A stretch of DNA of 64,000 nucleotides from a virus: positions 2,919 to 66,918 of IMG/VR virus record IMGVR_UViG_3300020438_006740; one strand, written 5' to 3'. The notes beneath the pieces were generated by a model, which worked only from the letters and a program-made list of their open reading frames with translations, had not been told where the DNA came from and did not search any database. Below are positions 38,126 to 46,082 of this stretch, in pieces (position 1 is the stretch's first letter; every line of letters begins with the position of its first letter). The position numbers were made by a program, and so were the translations under genes.

Positions 38126-38455
38126 TTACGTGCCCATCGGGTCGGACGAGTAGCGACCATCATCTTGCATATACTTGAGTTCCAATAACGCTGCATCTCT
38201 TTTTTTCTGGGCATCCTCAAGTTGCTTTTCCAGCCTCTGAATATACAAGTGATGAGCAGTGTTAGGGACAAAGCACATTGTGATCTCTTGTCCAGAGTAA
38301 AACATATTTTTTGATCCTGGGTTTGGTATTGCTTTCCTTACAATGCAGCGGTAAAGCCAACCACCGGGAGCACGGAGCCTATCTGTGGTCATGAGGGATC
38401 CCTCCTCGCAAACTTTTTCCCATTCTTTTGATTCCCATTTATCAGGTATTGTCAC
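38126..38455 (-). CDS. hypothetical phage protein
   Basis: T.RL..PGGWLYR...M.FVP motif; AAGGAG SD. Confidence 0.6.
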   Translation of the reverse strand: MTIPDKWESKEWEKVCEEGSLMTTDRLRAPGGWLYRCIVRKAIPNPGSKNMFYSGQEITMCFVPNTAHHLYIQRLEKQLEDAQKKRDAALLELKYMQDDGRYSSDPMGT

Positions 38456-38475
38456 TATTATCTCCTTTGACGCTA

Positions 38476-38739
38476 TTATTCATTTAATACCTCCTCAATC
38501 GCATCGGTCGCCCCCCATGCTGCCGCCGCATCCATGAGCCACCGTGCCGATAGGGCTATGTCATCGCGCTGCACGTCCGACTCAAAGTCGATGCACCCCC
38601 ACGACAGCTTTATGCGCTGACCATCCAGCCAGATCAACCAGCCGGGGTTCTCCCCGTCTTCCGTCAAGATTAGATCCCCGTCGGATACCCTCCACTCCTC
38701 CGCAGGAGCCAGGAAGGACAGCGCATTGATGGCCTCCAT
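38476..38739 (-). CDS. hypothetical protein (GC-rich)
   Basis: 87-aa ORF. Confidence 0.5.
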   Translation of the reverse strand: MEAINALSFLAPAEEWRVSDGDLILTEDGENPGWLIWLDGQRIKLSWGCIDFESDVQRDDIALSARWLMDAAAAWGATDAIEEVLNE

Positions 38740-38941
38740 ATTTCACGCCCCGGTTTTTCAGATAGCCCTCCACAGAGTAGAGATCAGTAGCAGCCCAGCG
38801 GCGAAGCATATCACCGGAAGTGCCAAGAAGAACACCCAGGTGCAGAGCTTCGTCAAGCAGGTTACGGGCGTAGACTAGCTCTTTGTTGGTTAAATTATCG
38901 CCACGTACTAGCTTGCCGAAAACCTTATCAGGTTTACTCAT
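38582..38941 (-). CDS. hypothetical protein (3' end overlaps the next gene)
   Basis: AGGAGAGAGG SD. Confidence 0.45.
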   Translation of the reverse strand: MSKPDKVFGKLVRGDNLTNKELVYARNLLDEALHLGVLLGTSGDMLRRWAATDLYSVEGYLKNRGVKYGGHQCAVLPGSCGGVEGIRRGSNLDGRRGEPRLVDLAGWSAHKAVVGVHRL

Positions 38942-38956
38942 TGCCTCTCTCCTTTT

Positions 38957-39433
38957 TTAATTACCAATTCCATCAAGTGTTTTTTGAAGCTTAGCAATCT
39001 CTGCCTCTAAAGTCTTTTTCTTTTTCTCTAAAGATTTCTTTATCTTTGGCTCTTGCGACTTTTTCCACAAAGAAAGGTTAGATTCATAAGTTGCCAGCTT
39101 TTCAGAATAAGCTTCCATTTTTTTTTCGTAAGTCTTCAACTTTCTGCTATAAAGAGCCAACTGTTGTTTGTATACAGTATTTTCGCATGGCACAAGAGCT
39201 ATAAACTCTGCGGATTCATAATATTGTTCATATCTAACCTCTATCTCGAACCAATCTTTTACTACAGGCTTGTAGTAGGAGTGCTGTTCGCAATATTCTT
39301 TTACAATATCTATGATAGCCGATATCTTAAATGTACCATCTGGAAAATCTATTGAGACTTCCTCAATCTTTATCTTTTCCGGATGAGTTGGCATAAAAGG
39401 TGCCCTCGGCTTTCTCGGTGCTCGCATTTTCAA
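38957..39433 (-). CDS. hypothetical protein with C-terminal coiled coil
   Basis: 158-aa ORF. Confidence 0.55.
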   Translation of the reverse strand: MKMRAPRKPRAPFMPTHPEKIKIEEVSIDFPDGTFKISAIIDIVKEYCEQHSYYKPVVKDWFEIEVRYEQYYESAEFIALVPCENTVYKQQLALYSRKLKTYEKKMEAYSEKLATYESNLSLWKKSQEPKIKKSLEKKKKTLEAEIAKLQKTLDGIGN

Positions 39434-39653
39434 TCCATTTATTATAAAAATAATTAAACCCTCTAGCTGGGGTACTTGGATTTATAATCAGCTTTTTATC
39501 GCCCGTCAACAGCTTTCGCTGCTCTTCGGTAATTTTTTCAAAGCCCCTCGACCATTCTTTAAACTCCGGGTCATCCGGAGAGTATAAGGACTGGGGCAAA
39601 TCCCACTTAATCCCCCTCATTTGTTTCATCCTCCGAAACAATGGCGGTTTCAT
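39363..39653 (-). CDS. hypothetical protein
   Basis: ORF overlapping both neighbours; start uncertain. Confidence 0.4.
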   Translation of the reverse strand: MKPPLFRRMKQMRGIKWDLPQSLYSPDDPEFKEWSRGFEKITEEQRKLLTGDKKLIINPSTPARGFNYFYNKWIENASTEKAEGTFYANSSGKDKD

Positions 39654-39810
39654 GGCTGTGTCTAGACAAATAGACTCTTTTTGCTCGATTCATTTTAAGT
39701 AAAATATCCAAAATTTCACCCAGACATTCTTCAACGTCATATTTATCTAGGTCATCTGAATTTTTCACTCTATCTATAGTCCAAGAAAGATTTCGCAATT
39801 CACTAATCAT
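39607..39810 (-). CDS. hypothetical protein
   Basis: GGAGG SD. Confidence 0.5.
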   Translation of the reverse strand: MISELRNLSWTIDRVKNSDDLDKYDVEECLGEILDILLKMNRAKRVYLSRHSHETAIVSEDETNEGD

Positions 39811-40111
39811 CTTTATCCTCCAGTGAGTATAGCCAATAAAAAGCTGTCAACTCTTCTTCAGTCTTTATATCCTTTATTGTTTTGAGCATAATAAAGTCAC
39901 CCTGAATATAAGCTTCGCAGTTTGGATTTTTTGAATGATTAAAGAATGCTCCAAGGGGAGTTCTTATATATCCATCTTCAAACCTATCGTCTTTAACATG
40001 AGTAATTCCCAGCTCTATACCCTTATCTATATGGCTTTTGGAAAACAAACCATTACCATCTATATCTGAAAATCCAATATATAAAAAATCCGGAAGAGGT
40101 CTGTAGGTCAT
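39803..40111 (-). CDS. SET-domain protein
   Basis: S.IDGNGLF...FFNHS..PNC...DIK..EELT..Y motifs. Confidence 0.85.
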   Translation of the reverse strand: MTYRPLPDFLYIGFSDIDGNGLFSKSHIDKGIELGITHVKDDRFEDGYIRTPLGAFFNHSKNPNCEAYIQGDFIMLKTIKDIKTEEELTAFYWLYSLEDKDD

Positions 40112-40566
40112 TTTATATCCTTTTTAGATTCTTTTAAAAACATAATAGCTTCTTTCATTTTTTCATTAAGAATGTAATTCTCAGGATTCATAGCAATTAA
40201 AGCACACATAACACACTCTCTTATAGGAGCGCCATGTCTACACAAATTACATGTGCATTCTTGTTTTAAAGGTCCGGAGAAATAGCCCGCATCACAACGA
40301 GCGCAATCGTACCATTTTGAGGCATCCCTTGATAAAGGTTTGCTCCAGTAGGTAGGATCTGGAAAATCTAGATCTCTTAAAATCAAACCAACCGTTTCAA
40401 TTGTTAATCCGCACTCGATTCCAACGACTCTTTTTTGAACTAGCTTTCCATCGAATTCTACCCATATTATTTCGTGAATCCTTGGTTCATTGCCCTTCTT
40501 TACAGTTAAAACTCTACCTCTACCCGGTATAAAGGGGGTAATATCCGGATCTCTATAGCACCTCAT
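40108..40566 (-). CDS. hypothetical Cys-rich protein
   Basis: DCARCDAGY...CTC.LC.H....ECVMC. Confidence 0.55.
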   Translation of the reverse strand: MRCYRDPDITPFIPGRGRVLTVKKGNEPRIHEIIWVEFDGKLVQKRVVGIECGLTIETVGLILRDLDFPDPTYWSKPLSRDASKWYDCARCDAGYFSGPLKQECTCNLCRHGAPIRECVMCALIAMNPENYILNEKMKEAIMFLKESKKDIK

Positions 40567-40817
40567 TCTTCGCCTCCAGATTCCAGAACGACGGTCACGT
40601 CGATTGAGTCGAGTTTGAGGGGAGGGTAGAGCACCATCTTCGTTAACGTCCCTGTCTTCTCGTCGTAGTCAGGGAATTTAATCGGTAAACCTATTGCCTC
40701 CGATGCAGCCGCCTCTAGCCTTTCTCGGGCCAAGGGGCTTCCGATGTAGGAGTCTTCGAGGGAGGCCAGCGCGCGGGCCAGGGTCTGCTCAATTTTTCTG
40801 ATCTCGTCGTCGGTCAT
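40563..40817 (-). CDS. hypothetical protein
   Basis: Likely start MTDDEIR at 40817 (GAGG SD, ATGA overlap). Confidence 0.5.
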   Translation of the reverse strand: MTDDEIRKIEQTLARALASLEDSYIGSPLARERLEAAASEAIGLPIKFPDYDEKTGTLTKMVLYPPLKLDSIDVTVVLESGGEE

Positions 40818-41134
40818 GGTGCCCACCTCTCGGGTTCGTACAACTCGGCTACACTGTGGAAGATTCGGATGAGTTTTGCCTCGCCGCCTTCGTCTGAAAG
40901 ACGCTCCGCGAGGTAGGAATGGGCGAGACGCACGACTGCGACCACTTCCTCGTCTGTCAGGTGTCGAGCAACACCCCACTTCTTGAAGTGGGGAGGCCCC
41001 CACGCCGAAGACGCCAGAATGGTCGAAATTCGGTAGAAGGGCTTGTACGGGTCGGGGTCGTTTCTGTGGACGTACTTGACTTCGGACTGCTCAGACAACA
41101 GCATCCAGACCTCACGGGCTAACCCCTCGATCAT
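40814..41134 (-). CDS. hypothetical protein (GC-rich)
   Basis: 106 aa, coupled to neighbours. Confidence 0.55.
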   Translation of the reverse strand: MIEGLAREVWMLLSEQSEVKYVHRNDPDPYKPFYRISTILASSAWGPPHFKKWGVARHLTDEEVVAVVRLAHSYLAERLSDEGGEAKLIRIFHSVAELYEPERWAP

Positions 41135-41457
41135 TTCTCACCTCTAGCGAGATCGACCAGAAGGTCAACTATTGTGGCAGCGCTTTCTTTCGTATCCTTG
41201 GTCACCCAAAAGTATCGGACTTTCTGGGTGCTTCCATTTGTAACGGCGAGCGTCCGAAGCGTGTAAGTGATAAATTGGGACGCCTCCAATAGGTTCCCGC
41301 TCGGGTTATCTAGCAGCTGTAAAACAGGCTCGTCCGGGTTGTGCGGCAGCTGTAGAACAGGGCCGCAGGTGATTGGAAACCACCCGCCTCGGTGAGGCCC
41401 GTTGAGAATTAAGTGTGCAAGTCCAGTTATCATCCTAATTACCCCCGGTCGGAACAT
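41131..41457 (-). CDS. hypothetical protein
   Basis: ORF; start probably MITGLA. Confidence 0.5.
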   Translation of the reverse strand: MFRPGVIRMITGLAHLILNGPHRGGWFPITCGPVLQLPHNPDEPVLQLLDNPSGNLLEASQFITYTLRTLAVTNGSTQKVRYFWVTKDTKESAATIVDLLVDLARGEK

Positions 41458-41908
41458 CAGCGATGTCGATGTCCCGCATGTAGATAGGCTTCACCGGGTA
41501 GTCCATAAACTCCACGGTGACCAACTTGCGAGCGATCGCCGCGTAGTTGATTCGACGCGAGATCATCCGGACCATCTGGAGAAATCCCCACCTCTGCCGC
41601 AACGCACGCTTCGCCTTCTTCTTGCGGAGCCGCTTCCGACCACGGCACCTCCGCATCTCCCAGTCGAGATTCTCCTTAACGTACTCGTCGCGGGTCATAG
41701 CCTTCCAGATTACACGGGTAGGATCATCGGGATCTTGGAACGTGAAAAACGGATCGGCCATCTTTCGGACGAGTTCCTGAATCGCAGGATCGTACCCGAT
41801 GCCCGCCGTGGCATAGGTCGTCGGGCTGTTCATCATGGCCTCGCTGACACCGAGTCCTGTCATGATCCTCTGGCGGATCAGGTCCATTTCCAATTTCGTA
41901 TCTATCAT
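41435..41908 (-). CDS. hypothetical protein with portal-like and capsid-like segments
   Basis: GGAGG SD; RIMTGLGVSEAMM...TYATA and RRINYAAIARKLVTVEFM..P..PIY.RDID. Confidence 0.55.
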   Translation of the reverse strand: MIDTKLEMDLIRQRIMTGLGVSEAMMNSPTTYATAGIGYDPAIQELVRKMADPFFTFQDPDDPTRVIWKAMTRDEYVKENLDWEMRRCRGRKRLRKKKAKRALRQRWGFLQMVRMISRRINYAAIARKLVTVEFMDYPVKPIYMRDIDIADVPTGGN

Positions 41909-41949
41909 CGCAATCCTCCAACGACAATCGTGTTTTTATTAGGCAACTT

Positions 41950-42123
41950 TTACCCCCTTCCTGTGCCGGGTATATGCTCCGGAATAGTCCAATCATGCAG
42001 CCAGTCTCCCCAGCCACCCAACCCTATTTGAAAAAGAATCTCAGACACCGGATGGGCAATTAGATTATGAGCGGTCCACTGAAACCTTTCGGGAAGTTTT
42101 GCAAAGAATTTATTACCAGTCAT
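41950..42123 (-). CDS. small conserved phage protein
   Basis: WTAHNLIAHPVSE...WLHDWTIP; start MTGNK. Confidence 0.6.
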   Translation of the reverse strand: MTGNKFFAKLPERFQWTAHNLIAHPVSEILFQIGLGGWGDWLHDWTIPEHIPGTGRG

Positions 42124-42328
42124 TAAAATACCTAAAAATATAGTCAAAGGTCGATACTCCCGCAGCAATGAACAATAGAAAAGAGAAAACATACACCGGT
42201 ATCCCGGCCCATTCTCCAGTGAGCCCCGCCCACTGGCCCCAACTCCTTCCTCTGGGAGCATCATCCGCCTGAGTAGCGAGAAACAAACAAATGGCCGCGC
42301 AAACTAGTAACAATATTGTCACAGTCAT
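42113..42328 (-). CDS. small membrane protein
   Basis: Two hydrophobic segments; GGAGG SD. Confidence 0.5.
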   Translation of the reverse strand: MTVTILLLVCAAICLFLATQADDAPRGRSWGQWAGLTGEWAGIPVYVFSFLLFIAAGVSTFDYIFRYFNDW

Positions 42329-42606
42329 TTGTTGTCCTCCAAAATGCTCTTAACAAGGTGTTTTTGTCCTTGGCAAAACTCTGTTGTCTGAGATAAGAGT
42401 TTCTCTTCGCGTTCGATAGGAATTATAGTTACCACAATTTCTCGTTCGGGCGGCGTCCACTCGGAGATCACGCCGATAGAGAAGTCGGTCGGCATGAGGA
42501 CGGTAAGACCGTCCTCCGTCTTGCGGATCCTCTCGGGATTGTCGATACCGATGCCGACGATCTCGGTAGCGGACCAACAGAAACGGGGCTTGTCTTCCTC
42601 GCTCAT
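42325..42606 (-). CDS. hypothetical protein
   Basis: AAGGAGG SD; ATGA overlaps. Confidence 0.55.
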   Translation of the reverse strand: MSEEDKPRFCWSATEIVGIGIDNPERIRKTEDGLTVLMPTDFSIGVISEWTPPEREIVVTIIPIEREEKLLSQTTEFCQGQKHLVKSILEDNK

Positions 42607-43199
42607 TTTGCCTCCTTTTGATACTCGCCGATAAAAATAGCATTAAATGCAGCCTGAGCAGTGGCTAAGTCATTGTTGACAATAAGATAGTCATAGTCAG
42701 CGCAGGCCTCTAGTTGGGAGCGAAACTGCTCCATGCGGCCTTGAATGACCTCGTGCGTATCTTTGCCTCGTGATTTCAACCGTTTCTCAAGAGTAGACGC
42801 ATCGGGCGGAATCACCATTATCTGGACCGTTCCCGGTATATTCTGTCGGATTTGACGAGCCCCCTGAATATCAATATCCAGAAGAATAGAGTCACCGGCC
42901 AATAAGGCAGACTCGGTCGGGTCACGTAAGGTTCCATACTGTCGATTATAGACCGTCGCGTGTTCCAGAAAGGCTCCTTCGTCTACCAGCCGCTGAAAGT
43001 CCTCAGTTGTCTTGAAGTAGTAATCCTTGCCGTCCACTTCCCCAACACGCGCCGTTCGCGTCGTCGCAGAAACCGAGAAACCAATATGGGGAACGGTTTC
43101 CATGAGACCTCTGATCAGAGTGCTTTTACCCACACCAGATGGGCCAGAAACAACAAAGACCAAGCCACAGTCTGGTCGCTCAAGCTCAAGCTCAAGCAT
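42603..43199 (-). CDS. gmk: guanylate kinase
   Basis: SGPSGVGKST, SVSATTR..R.GEVDG.DYYF, YGT and LDIDIQGA motifs; TAATG coupling to thyX. Confidence 0.95.
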   Translation of the reverse strand: MLELELERPDCGLVFVVSGPSGVGKSTLIRGLMETVPHIGFSVSATTRTARVGEVDGKDYYFKTTEDFQRLVDEGAFLEHATVYNRQYGTLRDPTESALLAGDSILLDIDIQGARQIRQNIPGTVQIMVIPPDASTLEKRLKSRGKDTHEVIQGRMEQFRSQLEACADYDYLIVNNDLATAQAAFNAIFIGEYQKEAK

Positions 43200-43873
43200 T
43201 ATTCGCCTTCGGGAAGCATCCCGCACCTTCTCATTGCATTAATAGTCATTGGAAAATCTCCTACCTCCTCTACAAGTCTTAGCATTTCTGCTGCAACCTG
43301 GCGAACTTCAAGCTGAGCATGCTCATCGTTTCTTAGTTTTTGAAAATGAGCAAAAGATCGCCAATTGAACATAATATCACAGGTAATTTGGATACCATAA
43401 GGAAGATAAAACCTTGCGCTCTCCTTTGCTCGCTCCCTACTATAGCCAGCCTTTTCGAGTCTGGCAATACAATTGTGGTAATTTTCAAAAGCCTGATTTA
43501 TAAACAAATCTAAAGATCCCCTCTCAGACTCGGGCCAGTCAACAGGAAGGTAATACTTTTCTATTTTAAACTCTTTATATCTCGCTGATTCACCATTAAT
43601 ATTAACCCCAATACGATGCTTTAAAAGATGAATATGAGTGGCAATATCTGTCGTAACAAGAAAGTGTAAAGATGACTTTTCAAAAGGTGTGTGATGCCCT
43701 TCGTTAGCCAGCATATCAAGCAACTTACCCATTCTGGCCCGCTTTTTGGGGCCAATCTGACGACTTGTGCTTGTCCATGCAGAGAGAGCATGGGTTTCAT
43801 CACTACCATAAGTACCCATTAATTCTACTGTATTGTTTGTATCCATTGATTCTGCTGTATTATTTGTATCCAT
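43199..43873 (-). CDS. thyX: FAD-dependent thymidylate synthase
   Basis: GHHTPFE, HLLKHR...ESARY, ARFYLP, N.RSF.HF..LR and HAQLEVR motifs. Confidence 0.93.
   Translation of the reverse strand: MDTNNTAESMDTNNTVELMGTYGSDETHALSAWTSTSRQIGPKKRARMGKLLDMLANEGHHTPFEKSSLHFLVTTDIATHIHLLKHRIGVNINGESARYKEFKIEKYYLPVDWPESERGSLDLFINQAFENYHNCIARLEKAGYSRERAKESARFYLPYGIQITCDIMFNWRSFAHFQKLRNDEHAQLEVRQVAAEMLRLVEEVGDFPMTINAMRRCGMLPEGE
43820..43873 (-). repeat. 27-bp imperfect tandem duplication at the thyX start
   Basis: Encodes MDTNNTAES / MDTNNTVEL. Confidence 0.85.
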
Positions 43874-44118
43874 TATTTCTCCAATTTTTTAATATAACTT
43901 TCATCGAGACCCCAATTTATCAATTGGCCATTGCTTGTTACGCCTTTTATTGATAAATAATAATTTCCATAAGGAAGAGGGTTGCAACTTAGCTTTAAAT
44001 CATAAAGAGTTACAACAGAGCCCTTCTTAACCTTTTTCCCATATATGTCCTCTCCAGATTCAAGAGTTTTAAACTTATCACCTTTTCTTAAAGAAATCAT
44101 AGAGAATCTCCCATCCAT
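43873..44118 (-). CDS. hypothetical protein
   Basis: 81 aa, coupled to thyX. Confidence 0.5.
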   Translation of the reverse strand: MDGRFSMISLRKGDKFKTLESGEDIYGKKVKKGSVVTLYDLKLSCNPLPYGNYYLSIKGVTSNGQLINWGLDESYIKKLEK

Positions 44119-45392
44119 AACTCATGTAATTTATTTAAATTTTTTTCGGCATCATCAGGAGGTAGTGCGTAAGAAAACCTTATCCAATCCGAGGCGTGCT
44201 CACTAAAGTAATAACCTGGGATAATTGCAAAACCATGCTTTCTGGCAAGAGTTACTCCTAGCTCAGAACTATCTTTGAGACCGGCTTTTGCTATCCAATC
44301 CCTAACATTAATAAATGCATAATAACCCTGACCAATAAAAGCTTTAATTTTGTTTTTTTCACAAAACTCTTTAGTTATAGCTCTGCTTTCTGATATAGGC
44401 TCTCGAATGCTTCTTGTAACATCAGCAAAGTTAGATTTATAAGCTGTTATGGCAACAGCTTCCCCAAAAAATCCTGGTATAACACCGTGGGATGATCGTC
44501 TTTTAATATTTTGAATAATTTTTTCATCAGCCAAAAGATGAGCATTACGAATGTTGGATCCGCCCAAACTCTTGGTTACTCCATCCAGAAATACCAGCCT
44601 TGACTGCTCCTTCTCTGTAAAAAATGACAATATTTTATTTATATCATATGGGCCATAATCGCAAATCCAGTGATATATTAAATCAAACAGTACATAATGT
44701 ACGCCAATTGATAGCGCATACCTGGCTAGATCAACCATCTCTCCCACACCCAGGTGTCTTCCGGTCGGATTATCAGGACTGGTTAAAACAACACACGTAA
44801 CCTCTCTCTGCACGGATCTTGCCAGGTCAACGGACTCTTTTATCCCCGCCTTTGTCAGCTTCCAGCATTCAGCTTCATCCCCTGGGGCGTGCAAAACATT
44901 AGAGCCAACACTGTATGGCCCCCACTTGTATGAAATCCAAGGAACCTTTGGGACCAAAACAAACCCGCCATGGGTATTGCTTATATTCTGCATTGCAGTA
45001 TAAGCCTTTATAAGAGCATCCCTTCCCCCGCAACAGGAGGCGACATTTTTTATGTCCCACTTATTTTTAGAATCAAGCTTCCAGTAGTCTTCAAGTACAG
45101 ATTTTCTATAAATCTCTGTACCAACTGGAGAGCCATAACCTGTTCCGTTACTTACTAAGAGCTCGCATGCTTTTAATAAAATTTCTTTAGGCACACCCGG
45201 CAAACTTGCGCCGCCATCACCTTGTGATGCATCATATACTGGGGAATTAGGATTTTCACTTATATATTTTTTAAAAGATGATTTTATATCAAACATTTGA
45301 CTTTGAGGAATATTCTCAAGATGAATGTTGTGATCATTTAAAAAAAAAGGATCTGAAACCTGTATTCTGTCTTTTAATTTAGCAAGGGACAC
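44097..45392 (-). CDS. PLP-dependent aminotransferase class I/II
   Basis: SPDNPTG, D.IY, GVTKSLG...IR and IRFSYA motifs. Confidence 0.88.
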   Translation of the reverse strand: MSLAKLKDRIQVSDPFFLNDHNIHLENIPQSQMFDIKSSFKKYISENPNSPVYDASQGDGGASLPGVPKEILLKACELLVSNGTGYGSPVGTEIYRKSVLEDYWKLDSKNKWDIKNVASCCGGRDALIKAYTAMQNISNTHGGFVLVPKVPWISYKWGPYSVGSNVLHAPGDEAECWKLTKAGIKESVDLARSVQREVTCVVLTSPDNPTGRHLGVGEMVDLARYALSIGVHYVLFDLIYHWICDYGPYDINKILSFFTEKEQSRLVFLDGVTKSLGGSNIRNAHLLADEKIIQNIKRRSSHGVIPGFFGEAVAITAYKSNFADVTRSIREPISESRAITKEFCEKNKIKAFIGQGYYAFINVRDWIAKAGLKDSSELGVTLARKHGFAIIPGYYFSEHASDWIRFSYALPPDDAEKNLNKLHELWMGDSL

Positions 45393-45419
45393 TTACTCTC
45401 CTGTTTATAAACCTTTTAT

Positions 45420-46019
45420 CTACACTAAATTCATCTCTTTTGCTTTTTTAAGCAGAATTGACTCTAAAGAATTTTCTTCTAACGAATAAGATTCGGAATA
45501 TGTTTGCAACATTTTTAAATCTCTAACATCTTCAATTTCATGAAAATCAAAAATATCTGGAATGTGATCTCTTGCCCAGATAAGCAGAGAGCCCAATGAG
45601 TTTTCGCTTTTTTTATTCGCAAGAAAAGTGGAGTACATTCTTTCAAACTCATTTATCATTGCTGGCATTAAAAATATTTTTGTACCAGTAACCGAGCGAT
45701 CGCCACGCCTAAACTTATAGTCAAACATCCAATTTATATAATTGTATATTTTGACAGTTACCTCTTCCTTGATTTGTTTTTTCTTTTCCTTAGAAAAAGA
45801 GACATAATCTTCGGGAGCAAGAGTTTTAAATAATTTCGCAAAGTCTCGACTCTCCTTACCCTTACCTGGATCGGATTTCCATCTAACTAAGCGAAATTTT
45901 ACGCCATTCTTTTGCTCATACTTATAACAAAAGTAAGCCATAAGGGTTATGTGATTCCAGGTGCTTTTAGGCTTCGCTATCCACTCTGGAATTTTTCCAT
46001 AAAATTCTTCTTGATTCAT
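45420..46019 (-). CDS. hypothetical protein
   Basis: 199 aa with its own promoter-like element. Confidence 0.7.
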   Translation of the reverse strand: MNQEEFYGKIPEWIAKPKSTWNHITLMAYFCYKYEQKNGVKFRLVRWKSDPGKGKESRDFAKLFKTLAPEDYVSFSKEKKKQIKEEVTVKIYNYINWMFDYKFRRGDRSVTGTKIFLMPAMINEFERMYSTFLANKKSENSLGSLLIWARDHIPDIFDFHEIEDVRDLKMLQTYSESYSLEENSLESILLKKAKEMNLV

Positions 46020-46034
46020 TTTTTCACCACATAT

Positions 46035-46062
46035 AGGTTATGCAGAATATTTTTTTGGTCAA
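46035..46062 (-). promoter_or_regulatory. sigma70-like promoter TTGACC-N16-TAACCT
   Basis: Intergenic, upstream of the start at 46019. Confidence 0.45.
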
Positions 46063-46082
46063 CTTTTTTAATAAAAAAGGTT

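Noticed and set aside
40563-40817. Resemblance of the ORF C-terminus to a tail-sheath end (YPPLKLDSIDVTVVL)
   Set aside because: Too short to support without a profile search
41402-42031. 209-aa plus-strand ORF and the many other plus-strand ORFs in the track
   Set aside because: They are antisense shadows of better-supported minus-strand genes, with no SD or motifs
43178-43197. GCTCAA x3 microsatellite at the gmk start
   Set aside because: In-frame hexamer encoding LELELE, so there is no phase-variation effect
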